The notes: generated by a model from the letters alone, not told the origin. 64,000 nt of DNA from Dendrobates tinctorius (GCF_039654945.1 NW_027361830.1:7626001-7690000), one strand, 5' to 3'; positions 1-11,168 are shown, counted from the stretch's first letter. A program made the numbers and translations.

Positions 1-178
1 ATTTTGAACATTTTTGTGGGTTTTTTTTTACTTTTTTTTTAATTTAAACTTGTAACATTTTTATTGCTCCTCTAGATAAGTTAATCCTGATTGAGAAATA
101 CACTACTAGTATTGCAGTGTATTGTCAGTTTAGCAGCAATTGCCATGGAGATATATTGATTGCTGATGTTGTAAAGGG
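1..178. mobile_element. Right end of a piggyBac-like (TTAA) non-autonomous element, cut by the window edge
   Basis: Ends ...GTAAAGGG|TTAA (TTAA 179-182), the reverse-complement type of the TTAA|CCCCTTC start at ~27945. Confidence 0.4.
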
Positions 179-329
179 TTAAAAAAATCTCATGTAAAGC
201 AATTACCTGATACTGTGTTACACCAAAAGGCCATCATGCCCAATATACAAACATCAGTGATACATGCCAATATTGACTGGTTCAGTCAATAGTCTGATGT
301 ATATAGGAGCCCCAACAGATCAGAGGAGT

Positions 330-515
330 AGTGGTCCATCTTGTCAGATTTCGGACTGCCGATCCTTTTGTTCTCTCTGAGATAAAGGAGTCTGACGACG
401 TCTCTTTCATAGAGAACACAAGAGCGTTCGGCAGATCAAGCACTCCTGTGTATAGGAGAGTCAGGCGAGATCACTCGCCATCCTTTGCTTGACAGCTATC
501 TAAATGTGAATGGGG
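330..515. repeat. Old interspersed repeat (MITE-like), paralogous to ~39700-39885
   Basis: Shared blocks in the same order at both loci: ATCCTTTTG..TCTGAGATAA, AGAGAAC, CTCCTGTGTATAGGAGAGT, TGACA.C.ATCT. Confidence 0.5.
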
Positions 516-1446
516 GACAATTTAGGGTGATTACCGTATACGCCTACATATATCTGACCAATTTCTTTCCAATCACACCAACCTCAATCTAAATTGTGTG
601 CAAATTGCTGGTTGATCAGATTTCAGCTTGTCTCATTTGCTAGATAACTGACTTGGCATTTATAAAGATCTGTCTTTCTGAGCTTCTAAACAGACAACTC
701 TCTTGTAGGGGATACAAGGGTACTCAGTAGGATGATCATGAAGGCCTCCATGCACATTAGAAATCTGTCTGATGAACAATGACACCTATCTCCCCCAACT
801 CCCCCTTAGACTTCTGTATTGATGATATTTCAAATGACATATTTTTTTGTCTATGGACTGCCAAAAAATCAGGGCTAGTTGGAAAATATCTCCAGAAAAT
901 TTTCAATTCACACTTCACATTAGGATTTCCCACTTTAAAACTTCTCAATGAATATTCTTGCAGCGCTCACTACAACTTTCTAAATTTGCAGGACCACAGA
1001 ACACTTCTATTTCTAGTGCCTTAAATAAAGTTAATTTTGTTTCAGGCGTTTCGCAGAATACATTTATTTAAGAGTTAACAATCAAGAGAAGCGTGTTTTG
1101 ACGGTGTTTGGTAAACCTATGTTCAGCCTCTGAGAATACCGGTTGTGGTATACACATATATTTCTACTTTCTAAGAAATCGTAAGCTGATAGAACGAGAT
1201 GACTTTTACCACTATCAGGCTTCCTGCAAAGAACTTAAATGCAAAGTTGGTCTTCATTAAAGGAAATGTATTCTGATTCATAGCAGGGTTTACTTTAATT
1301 TTGTCTCTATTAAGTGAAGATATGTTTTGTATCTAAACAGGCACAGCCATACTGGGTTTGTCAGTTTCCACAACTTTTCATGATATAGTTGTATTATCTA
1401 TGGTTTAACCAGACCTCTGGTGAACCTTACGCATCATACAGTATAA

Positions 1447-1851
1447 AGGGGGCTTCACACATAGCGATATCGCTAGCAATATTGCTAAAGTGTCACCGAT
1501 TATGTGACGCAGCAGCGATATTGCTAGCAATATCGCTATATGTGACACTTACCTCCGACCGGCTCCCCCGCTGGCTATCGCTGATCGCGCGAGAACGTCC
1601 TGGGCCGTTTCTCGGCAGCGGCTTCCTGCTGGGATTCCTGCTGGCGCCGACGAGCGACGCGTGGACGCGGGCGGGAGGGCGTCTTCATCGCCACATCTGA
1701 CAGGTAAGTAACGACTGCTGCGTTGCTGCATCGCTAGTAAGATCTGCCTGTTTGGCAGCTCACTAGCGACCATTTAGCAATGCACCAGCGATCCTGACCG
1801 GGTCGTATCGTTGTCGGGATCGCTGGTGCATCGTTAAATGTAACGGGACCC
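1447..1851 (+). mobile_element. PIF/Harbinger-type MITE, family A copy 1
   Basis: Imperfect TIR AGGGGGCTTCACACATAGCGAT / ATCGTTAAATGTAACGGGACCC; TAA on both flanks; homologous to 2472-2846, 5256-5650 and 21197-21558. Confidence 0.8.
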
Positions 1852-2234
1852 TAAGGAAGAGTTATTACATCCTACTCAGCCCAGGTGATATATACTAGTT
1901 GGTTGTGCATCTTCCTATTAAATCTTAAGATCCCAAATGGGGATGAGCAGACCCATGGAAGTTCGGGTTTTGGTACCGATCGAACTTTAGTCCAACTTTA
2001 GTCTCTCACTTCCCCTGGAGCTTCGAACATTAGAATGGACTTCTGTGATAAGTTCTTGTGCTAACTGTTCAGTATGAACCCTGAGCTTTTAAGTTACGGT
2101 TTGCATATCTCTAATCCCAATCTTGCAGCTCTTCCTCTACAAGACAAATTTGGGGAGATTTCATTAAAATTGTATTTTTTGCACATGCAGATAAAGAATC
2201 CTAAAATGGGCCAAATGTATCACACTAGTTTTAG

Positions 2235-2390
2235 TCTTTCTTCTCTGTTCCTCCTTCTCTGTCCTTCCTTCGCTCTTCTTTCTCCTCTCCTTCTTTCTTT
2301 ATCTCTTTCTCTCTTCCCCCCCCCCCCCGTCTTTATCTCTCTCTCTGTTCTTTCTACAGCCTCTCTCTCTCCCCAGCGACTCTCTCCTCT
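2235..2390. repeat. CT-rich low-complexity/microsatellite tract
   Basis: Near-pure pyrimidine run with (CT)n and poly-C. Confidence 0.8.
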
Positions 2391-2471
2391 GCATGCGGGA
2401 GGAAGGAAAGATAGCAATCGGCAGAACTATCTAATGTGAATGGCCATGTATATATCAGTAATTGAGCCTAA

Positions 2472-2846
2472 AGGGGGCTTCACACCTAGCGATATCGCTA
2501 GCAATATCGCTATAACGTCACCGATTTTGTGACGCAGCAGCGATATTGCTAGCGATATCACTATGTGTGATACTTACCTCCGACCGGCTCCCCCGCTGGC
2601 TATCGCTGATCGTGCGAGATCGGCCTGGTCCATTTCTCGGCGTCGGCTTCCTGCTGGCGCCGAAGAGCGAGCCATGGATGCAGGTGGAAGACTGACACCC
2701 TTGCCGCGTCTGAAAGGTAAGTATGACTGCCGACTGCTGCATCGCTAGTGAGATCTGCCTATTTGGCAGCTCACTAGCGACCATTTAGCGATGCACCAGC
2801 AATCCTGACCGGGATCGCTGGTGCATCGCTAAATTTAAAGGGGCCT
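2472..2846 (+). mobile_element. PIF/Harbinger-type MITE, family A copy 2
   Basis: AGGGGGCTTCACAC ... TAAAGGGGCCT termini; flanked by TAA and TTA; high similarity to copy 1. Confidence 0.8.
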
Positions 2847-3058
2847 TTAGGCTCAGTCCACACAGTCTCTCTGCCCACTGCCTGGTGCTCATCCTGAGGA
2901 CGTATGTGCCAGACAGTGTGAACATTGTCTCTTCAGAGAGGATGCAAAGTGTGAGATCTGGTTTGGCTGTGTAAGAGGCGTCTGACCGATATCCAAGAAG
3001 TATCGTTTCTCCTTGCGGAGAATGACATGCTAAGCATGCCGAGATGAGGAGACTTAAA

Positions 3059-3089
3059 GCCGCAATGCTCCTCTGGGAAATATGCAAAT
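3059..3089 (-). promoter_or_regulatory. snRNA-type distal sequence element: octamer plus SPH (Staf/ZNF143)-like motif
   Basis: Minus strand ATTTGCAT-A-TTTCCCAGAGGAGCATTGCG: a perfect octamer (3082-3089) next to a near match to TTCCCAGAATGCATTGCG. Confidence 0.6.
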
Positions 3090-3120
3090 TGTCTCTTCAG
3101 AGAGGAAGAAGACTAGAACT

Positions 3121-3137
3121 CTAGTGCCACCTATTGG
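3121..3137 (-). promoter_or_regulatory. CTCF-like motif inside the retrozyme
   Basis: Minus strand CCAATAGGTGGCACTAG closely matches the CTCF core CCASYAGRKGGCRS. Confidence 0.5.
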
Positions 3138-3216
3138 AAGTAGCAATCCTAAAAGTCATTGTCGACCCTTTAACGAGCCTTGTTACATGACTTAGGATAA
3201 AAGCCAAAACCAGAAT

Positions 3217-3273
3217 CTCAATTTGCAGACACTGTGTTTCGGGGTACTGCCCCTCGTCAGTGCAAAGTGTGAG
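3217..3273 (-). ncRNA. Type I hammerhead ribozyme with canonical core
   Basis: Minus strand reads CUCA-CAC-UUUGCA CUGACGA GGGG CAGUA CCCC GAAA CACAGUG UC / UGCAAA-U-UGAG. All core nucleotides are present. Stem I is 6+4 bp, stem II 4 bp, stem III short and near-palindromic. Predicted cleavage is after GUC, between 3228 and 3227. Confidence 0.92.
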
Positions 3274-4389
3274 GATGATCTCGTCATTCTCCGCAAGGAG
3301 AAATGATACTTCTTGGATATCAGACAGTGTGAACAATCGGTGAATGGTCGCCTATGTTGACGTTACTGTATACGCAGGTAAAAGCTCCTAACCTATACTG
3401 TAGGCTAGGTGCATGGACACGATGTGCAACTAATTTAAATATCTAAAAATAGGGTAGACTCCCACAGAATTCATCAAAAACTGCCCTTGATGGGTTTCTC
3501 AATAAACAATGGAGAAAAAGACAAAACAATATTCTGCTATGCATTATAGTGGGCAGGTTTGAGTACATTCTGTATTACACATTTGCCATGCCTTCTTGCA
3601 TCACCCTGTGTACAGGGGGCACAATGATACCTGCGCGTTGCCAGGTTGCTGGGAGGCAGTACCTTATTAAATAATAGCTGAGATGAAGCGTCACATCTTG
3701 ACAACACTGGAATTTTGACATTTTATTTGGTAAAATATTGATTTAATCCTGTTGCATTAGCTCAGAGCTGTTACACATTTGTTTTCTTTCCAGGTAATGT
3801 TTGCTAAAATGGGGGAAGAAGTAATTTATATTTTAGCCATTAATACAGAAGTAAGGCTTCATTTCCTCATATTGTACTTGCTGACATTTTCCAAGGCATA
3901 TTCATTTTGCATGTTCTTCTTTAAAGGGCAAGTACAGTAACTTTTTCACACAGAAGTTTTTATGAAACCTAAAAACTATAAGCAGCCTCTGAGCTGATTT
4001 TTTTTTTTAATAAATAATGGTAGTGCTAAAAACTCAACTTAATTTTCAAGGATTTTTATTCACAGTCCTGAATAGTTGTAGAAGGAACAAAGAAAAGTAT
4101 GATAATTAACCCAAAAGATATACGGTAAATATGCAAAGCACAATCTATTCTACAGCTTATTCTTACATGATATAACAATGTACATTTGAATAGCATGTGT
4201 CACCAGATCAAAAGTGGCCATTTTTATTTCTCACTTTATTCCTTCAAACCCACTGCGCCACTGAGTTTTTATTTTTTATATCCTACATACGGTTCTAGAG
4301 ATTTTGGACTTTTTACTTAGTACTAATTTTTATGGCCTTTTTCAAGGGAGTGTTGCTCACAGGTTGCCAATGCAGAACACCCTGTAGAA

Positions 4390-4620
4390 ACGCCCCCAGA
4401 GGATCCTGTGAATCACCCCCCCAGAGGACTCTGTGAGGCACGTCCCCTCAAATGATCCAGTGAGGCACGCCCCCCAGAGGATTCGGTGAAGCAGGCCCCC
4501 CTAGAGGGTCCTGTGAGGCGCGTCCCCCCCAGAGGATCCTGTGAGGCACGCACCCCAGAGGATCCTGTAAGGCACGCCCTCCAGAGGATCCCGTGAGGCA
4601 CCCCTCAAGAGGACCCGATA
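4390..4620. repeat. ~28-30 bp minisatellite inside a degenerate MITE (~4195-4745)
   Basis: About 8 units of GAGGATCCTGTGAGGCACGCCCC(C)nA; flanking inverted pair CCAGATCAAAAGTGG / CCACTTTTGACCTGG. Confidence 0.7.
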
Positions 4621-4914
4621 AGTCACAAATAAAAGGTCTCATCTCTGGAATTGTTTGGCAGATTGAAAAAAAAAAATCTGGGAAGCAGCAGGAAAAAATA
4701 AAGGAAAAGGGTCTCCACTTTTGACCTGGAGGTAGGTCCCTCTATAAGAAGCCATAAATAGCTAGTGAAGATACAGCAACACCCATATTTGAAGTAGGGC
4801 TATGGTAATGTGTGCATAAACAATGTACAAATTCATTTACAACTTTAATTGGTTATAATATGGACCCAAAAGTTATGTGTAGTAGATATAGATGAGGAAA
4901 AGCAAGCAATAGAT

Positions 4915-5095
4915 CAGTGGTTCCCAAACTCCAGTCCTCGTGGACCCCAACAGGTCATGTTTTCAAGATTTCCATAGTGTTACACATGTGAGAGAATTTC
5001 TGATGCCTTGATACTTCATCACCTGTGAAATACTAAGGAAATCCAGGAAACATGACCAGTTGGGGTCCGCGAGGACTGGAGTGTGGGAACCACTG
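4915..5095. mobile_element. hAT-type palindromic MITE
   Basis: TIR CAGTGGTTCCCA.ACTCCAGTCCTCG; 8-bp TSD CAATAGAT/CAATAGAC; a partial relative lies at ~19659-19770. Confidence 0.85.
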
Positions 5096-5255
5096 CAATA
5101 GACGATGGAACAACTACATTTACAAGAAAGGCAAAGGGAAAAATATGGATATTCTTCTGAAGCAAATCATAAAACCAAATATTGGCTTAACCCTCCAAGT
5201 ATGATGTCCAGGGAGCTCATACCTTATCACTCCTAGATTGGGCAATATAGCATAA

Positions 5256-5650
5256 GGGTACCTTTACACCTAGCGATGCACCAGCGATCCCGACCAGCGA
5301 TATGACACGGTCAGGATCGCTGGTGCATCGCTAAGTGGTCGCTAGTGAGCTGCCACACAGGCAGATCTCACCAGCGACATCGCTGGGGACGGGGATTGCT
5401 ACTTACCTGTCAGACGCGGCGATTCTGGCGTCCTCCCGCCCGGCTCCACGCGTCGCTCGTCGGCGCCACAGGAAGCGCCCGACGAGAAATGATCCAGGAG
5501 CTTCTCGAGCGATCAGCGATAATCAGCGGGGGAGCCGGTCGGAGGTAAGTATCACATGCAGCGATATCGCTAGCAATATCGCTGCAACGTCACAAAATCG
5601 GTGACTTTACAGCGATATTGCTAGCGATATCGCAGTGTGTAACGGGGGCT
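5256..5650 (-). mobile_element. PIF/Harbinger-type MITE, family A copy 3
   Basis: Reverse orientation relative to copies 1 and 2; TAA on both flanks. Confidence 0.8.
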
Positions 5651-6733
5651 TAAGTTTGCAGTTAGCCATTATCCTAGATCTTAGGAACAAATAGCACTGA
5701 TTTGTGCAATGAAGTAGAGCTAGATTCTTACCAATTGAATACAGCATGCAGTACAAACCTCGGCCGATCTATGTTGGTGGTAGTTAAAAGCAAAATTCTC
5801 GTTAAGGGATTTTAAAATATATATAGTCCTGAATCACAATTATTTTTATTGTGAAATTTGAAGTACTCCTTAAAACCTGAATATATGATTCCAGATATGC
5901 AGTGGCTGTCACACACAGACCTGGCCCATCCATGATGCAGTGCCATTAGGGAAAAGCATGGTCGCCTTCTATGAGAGGTAATCATTTTATTGCAACCTGA
6001 TACATTGTGATCAACTGATTATCTCTTTCTCCTTTTTGTTTATTTTGTGTGAAATGAAATAATTAAGGCATGTTACCTGTGGCCGGTAAATTTTAGACAG
6101 ATGAATCATAGACAGGGGGTATCAGGAATATAAAATTAAGATTTTAAATTACATTTTGTCAAAAACAAAAATCTAATTTTCAGTTGCTAATTGAATTGTC
6201 TGCCATGTGCAACCTTCCTAACAGGATTCATAGCAAGAATATTGTGTGAAAATGTATTTTTGGTCACTGAAAATGAAATCTTTTGAGAGTTGGTGTTTAA
6301 CTTTTTAATTGGTTCAGGAGAGTTGTTTATTCGCGTGAATATTAATGTGACTGATAGATATAACCAAACATGGGTTTTCTGTTTGTCTTGCATTCTAGAC
6401 TCTGGAGAGCTAACAACTTTGTTCTTAGCCCTTGGAGGATATTATGATATTTCTACTTCTAATTTAAAAGTTTGTACATATTTATTCCAAGGATTACATT
6501 GTATACTGTAAATGTAATTTGCAGTTTCTGTAAAATAATATTTTTTTGTGATTATACCTCTAATTAAGGTGAAAGCATGACTGCCAGTGTTTAAATTAAC
6601 ATTATAGCATATTTTATATACTAAGTTGAGAAATGGGCAAAGTTGTTTGTTTGTGTCCTCACAATGAAGGATGAATTTTCTTTTCCCATGTGTTTGTGTT
6701 ACATGTATATTTAAGTTTTTTTGGCAATATATA

Positions 6734-8361
6734 CAGTGGGGCAAAAAAGTATTTAGTCAGTCAGCAATAGTGCAAGTTCCACCACTTAAAAAGATGAGAG
6801 GCGTCTGTAATTTACATCATACGTAGACCTCAACTATGGGAGACAAACTGAGAAAAAAAAAATCCAGAAAATCACATTGTCTGTTTTTTTTTTCATTTTA
6901 TTTGCATATTATGGTGGAAAATAAGTATTTGGTCAGTGGAAAATAAGTATTTGGTCAGAAACAAGCAATCAAGATTTCTGGCTCTCACAGACCTGTAACT
7001 TCTTCTTTAAGAGTCTCCTCTTTCCTCCACTCATTACCTGTAGTAATGGCATCTGTTTAAACTTGTTATCAGTATAAAAAGACACCTGTGCACACCCTCA
7101 AACAGTCTGACTCCAAACTCCACTATGGTGAAGACCAAAGAGCTGTCAAAGGACACCAGAAACAAAATTGTAGCCCTGCACCAGGCTGGGAAGACTGAAT
7201 CTGCAATAGCCAACCAGCTTGGAGTGAAGAAATCAACTGTGGGAGCAATAATTAGAAAATGGAAGACATACAAGACCACTGATAATCTCCCTCGATCTGG
7301 TGCTCCACGCAAAATCCCACCCCGTGGGGTCAGAATGATCACAAGAACGGTGAGCAAAAATCCCAGAACCACGCGGGGGGACCTAGTGAATGAACTGCAG
7401 AGAGCTGGGACCAATGTAACAAGGCCTACCATAAGTAACACACTACGCCACCATGGACTCAGATCCTGCAGTGCCAGACGTGTCCCACTGCTTAAGCCTG
7501 TACATGTCCGGGCCCGTCTGAAGTTTGCTAGAGAGCATTTGGATGATCCAGAGGAGTTTTGGGAGAATGTCCTATGGTCTGATGAAACCAAACTGGAACT
7601 GTTTGATAGAAACACAACTTGTCGTGTTTGGAGGAAAAAGAATACTGAGTTGCATCCATCAAACACCATACTTACTGTAAAGCATGGTGGTGGAAACATC
7701 ATGCTTTGGGTCTGTTTCTCTGAAAAGGGGCCAGGACGACTGATCCGGGTACATGAAAGAATGAATGGGGCCATGTATCGTGAGATTTTGAGTGCAAACC
7801 TCCTTCCATCAGCAAGGGCATTGATGATGAAACGTGGCTGGGTCTTTCAACATGACAATGATCCAAAGCACACCGCCAGGGCAATGAAGGAGTGGCTTCG
7901 TAAGAAGCATTTCAAGGTCCTGGAGTGGCCTAGCCAGTCTCCAGATCTCAACCCTATAGAAAACCTTTGGAGAGAGTTGAAAGTCCGTGTTGCCAAGCGA
8001 AAAGCCAAAAACCTCACTGCTCTAGAGGAGATCTGCATGGAGGAATGGGCCAACATACCAACAACAGTGTGTGGCAACCTTGTGAAGACTTACAGAAAAC
8101 GTTTGACCTCTGTCATTGCCAACAAAGGATATATCACAAAGTATTGAGATGAAATTTTGTTTCTGACCAAATACTTATTTGCCACCATAATATGCAAATA
8201 AAATGAAAAAAAAACAGACAATGTGATTTTCTGGATTTTTTTTTCTGTTTGTCTCCCATAGTTGAGGTCTACCTATGATGTAAATTACAGACGCCTCTCA
8301 TCTTTTTAAGTGGTGGAATTTGCACTATTGCTGACTGACTAAATACTTTTTTGCCCCACTG
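6734..8361 (+). mobile_element. Full-length Tc1/mariner DD34E transposon with long IR/DR TIRs
   Basis: TA|CAGTGGGGCAAAAAAGTATTTAGTCAG ... CTGACTAAATACTTTTTTGCCCCACTG|TA; ~200-bp TIRs; TA TSD. Confidence 0.97.
7125..8147 (+). CDS. Tc1-like transposase, 340 aa, open reading frame
   Basis: Paired-like HTH N-terminus with RSGAPRK; [20 protein letters not shown] and [15 protein letters not shown] motifs; 34 residues between the second D and E. Confidence 0.95.
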   Translation: MVKTKELSKDTRNKIVALHQAGKTESAIANQLGVKKSTVGAIIRKWKTYKTTDNLPRSGAPRKIPPRGVRMITRTVSKNPRTTRGDLVNELQRAGTNVTRPTISNTLRHHGLRSCSARRVPLLKPVHVRARLKFAREHLDDPEEFWENVLWSDETKLELFDRNTTCRVWRKKNTELHPSNTILTVKHGGGNIMLWVCFSEKGPGRLIRVHERMNGAMYREILSANLLPSARALMMKRGWVFQHDNDPKHTARAMKEWLRKKHFKVLEWPSQSPDLNPIENLWRELKVRVAKRKAKNLTALEEICMEEWANIPTTVCGNLVKTYRKRLTSVIANKGYITKY

Positions 8362-9282
8362 TATTACATATACTGTACATATTGCATATATTATATTTCT
8401 ACACTGGCCACTGGGGCTTTTTTAAACTCCTACTTCCTGTCCTTTCAGGAAGTTTGCATGACCTTTTTATATATGTATATGTATAGGTAACATGTCTATA
8501 ACATGTCTGTACACAGCTCATAAAACATTCACAATAGGCATTGTTACATCTGACCTATCTCCCCTTCCCTTCACAATTATTGCCTACTCTCATTAGACTC
8601 TTCAGTATATAAGATAGGGTCGGTTTCTGACCATTGGGACTATGTACATGTGTTGTTTCCTGAAACAAAATGACGTTAAAGTGTAAAAAGAAAAAAAAAG
8701 CACCAGTGACCAGTGTGAAAATCGTACAATTTCTATTTTCTATTTTTATTACAGGTTCTGATATGTAAAAAAAATAAATTCAGAAACATTTTTAGAAAAT
8801 ACAATTAACACTAAAATCTTATTTTAAAAAAATGTTGATTTTTGTCTTATGTAATGGGAGCATATTTTAGCTATAAATCCATATACCAAATAGCCAAAAT
8901 GGCACAAAAGGTGACCGTTGGCGACTAGAATAGGTGTATAAATCCACAGGCACATAGTTATGGGTCCTTAGTTTTTGGTCCATGGTATTTGAATAAAACA
9001 CTCCTCCTACCCCTCTCTGCACTAACTGAAAAGGCTCGGGGAGGCGGGGGCTCACTATACACCTGACCCGTAAATTATGTTGTCCTTGTATTTTCAATGC
9101 TCCTTGTAATCAGACTTCATAATATTTTTGGTACCATTTTGGCTTCTAGGTATCTTTATACCTGTAGTTGTAATCTGCTTCCTTTACAGATCCACTTTTC
9201 TAATAGTGCATGAATGACCACCAGTACTCCACTCTAAAGATCCTGTAAAACAGATACCTTTTGTCCTAATTTGCTGTACTCA

Positions 9283-10356
9283 TGTTAAGGACTCGCCTGA
9301 GTTGTAGTAGCGATATTGCAACCACTAGGGGCCGCGCCGGCAGGTTATTGTCGTCAAAATATAGCCTGAGGTCGGTACACGGAGCAGCAGTGTAGTTGGA
9401 AGGATAAGCAGGAACCGTAGTCAGGATATAGCCAGAGGTCAGTACACAGAGCAGCAGTAGGATCTTGAGGATAACGGGAATCGTAGTCGCGATATAGGCA
9501 GAGGTCAGTACACAGAGCAGCAGTAGGATCTTGAGGATAAGCAGGAACCGTAGTCGGGATATAGGCAGAGGTCAGTACACAGAGCAGCAGTAGGATCTTG
9601 AGGATAACGGGAATCGTAGTCGGGATATAGGCAGAGGTCAGTACACAGAGCAGCAGTAGGATTTTGAGGATAAGCAGGAACCGTAGTCAGGATATAGCCA
9701 GAGGTCAGTACACAGAGCAGCAGTAGGATCTTGAGGATAATGGGAATCGTAGTCAGAATATAGCCAGAGGTCAGTACACAGAGCAGCAGTAGGATATTGA
9801 GGATAACGGGAATCGTAGTCAGGATATAGCCAGAGGTCAGTACACAGAGCAGCAGTAGGATCTTGAGGATAACGGGAATCGTAGTCAGAATATAGCCAGA
9901 GGTCAGTACACAGAGCAGCAGTAGGATATTGAGGATAACGGGAATCGTAGTCGGGATATAGGCAGAGGTCAGTACACAGAGCAGCAGTAGGATCTCGAGG
10001 ATAAACGGTAATCGTAGTCAGGATATAGCGAGAGGTCGGTCGTTAGACGGAGCAGCAGTAGGATCTTGAAGATAAGCAGGAGATAGATAGGAAGAAGCTA
10101 GACTAAAGGCAGTTAGCTCAGTAATCTCGCAATGAAGGAAGTGCAGTGCCAGGATTAAGTAGAGTGTTCAATCAGAGATCACAGGTTGAGCCAATCAAGA
10201 ACTTGGGCTGGATACATCAGGAACTCATGTTCGAGACATCATAAACCACACAGGTACTAGTATCTGGTTTAGCAAGGAACTCTCCAGTGAACTGAATAGC
10301 TCAGAGGGAAGAGTTGCCACCTGGTGCACAAGAGCTGCTGGGTTTGAGTGCTGACA
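9283..10356. mobile_element. Solo LTR containing a tandem array
   Basis: TGTTA...TGACA termini; 5-bp flanks ACTCA/ACTCT (4 of 5 match). Confidence 0.65.
9350..10080. repeat. 66-67 bp tandem repeat, about 11 copies
   Basis: GTAGTCAGGATATAGCCAGAGGTCAGTACACAGAGCAGCAGTAGGATCTTGAGGATAACGGGAATC recurs at 9417, 9483, 9550, 9616, 9683, 9749, 9815, 9881, 9947 and 10014. Confidence 0.95.
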
Positions 10357-10581
10357 ACTCTAGTGAATGTAAAATTGTATGATATGGTAATTTTTGTTTT
10401 CCGTAAAACAAAAAAAATTTTAAGTGTTCAGTTCTACTTGCAAGTTGTTTTGCTGCGATTCTTTTATATAGTTGGCCAGTCTCCACCTATATGACTTTGT
10501 ACATAATATTCTATTCTTCACAATGCAGCACTTATTCTGCAGCATTAACATTGGGCCAGTATTTTAAATCATGTTATTTAA

Positions 10582-10890
10582 AAGGGTTGTCCTTTATCAA
10601 CAGATTGATATCAGATTGGTTGGGATCTGATACCTGGCACTCCCAGCTATAAACTGTAATCTGCTCCAGATCAGCTGGATCAGCGCGACTCTGCGCACTT
10701 ATTATTGGCAGCACTCGGGACTGCTCCTCATCTTCTATTCATTAAACAAGGCATGGTGCCACACTATTCTGACTCCATACAGTGCTTGTGCCTGGCCATC
10801 ACCTTAGCAGATAACAGCTGATGTGTGGAGTGCCGAGTGTTGGACATCCAGTAATCTGATGACCTACATTGTTAGTCCCTGAAAACTCCT
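10582..10890. mobile_element. Kolobok/T2-type MITE, degenerate
   Basis: TTAA|AAGGGTTGTCC ... GAAAACTCCT|TTAA, with internal inverted symmetry. Confidence 0.55.
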
Positions 10891-11168
10891 TTAATATAAA
10901 GGAAAGTACATAGAAAAATACACCGATTATTAGAAAAGTGTAAAAATTCTATTTAGTCTTTCCTGTGATATCTCCATCTATCTAGTGCGAGATTTCCAAA
11001 AGCACCAGCTCTAGATGATGGGTTTTAGGCTAGTGACACACATTTATGCTTAATGTAGTATTTTAACCAAAACAAAAAGTAGACACAAAAGAGAATTATC
11101 AGTCCTTATGTACTTTTCCTTCCTTAATTTTATTTGTGAGCCAGAAAGCTCAGGATGAACACTGCTAT

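Larger units (their letters stand above)
2925..3320 (-). mobile_element. Non-autonomous hammerhead retroelement (retrozyme / satellite-2-like), 318-bp monomer
   Basis: 15-bp TSD CAGACAGTGTGAACA (2910-2924, 3321-3335). Terminal redundancy TGCAAAGTGTGAG at 2943 and 3261 gives a 318-bp period. 2988-3026 recurs inverted at 3283-3321. Contains a hammerhead; no ORF. Confidence 0.85.

Noticed and set aside
2074-2439. Leu/Ser-rich ORF resembling a membrane protein
   Set aside because: Translation of a CT microsatellite.
7034-7774. 246-aa antisense ORF
   Set aside because: Shadow of the Tc1 transposase on the opposite strand.
9350-10080. CRISPR-like periodicity of 66-67 bp
   Set aside because: Whole units are near-identical, with no unique spacers and no cas genes; the context is a eukaryotic LTR.
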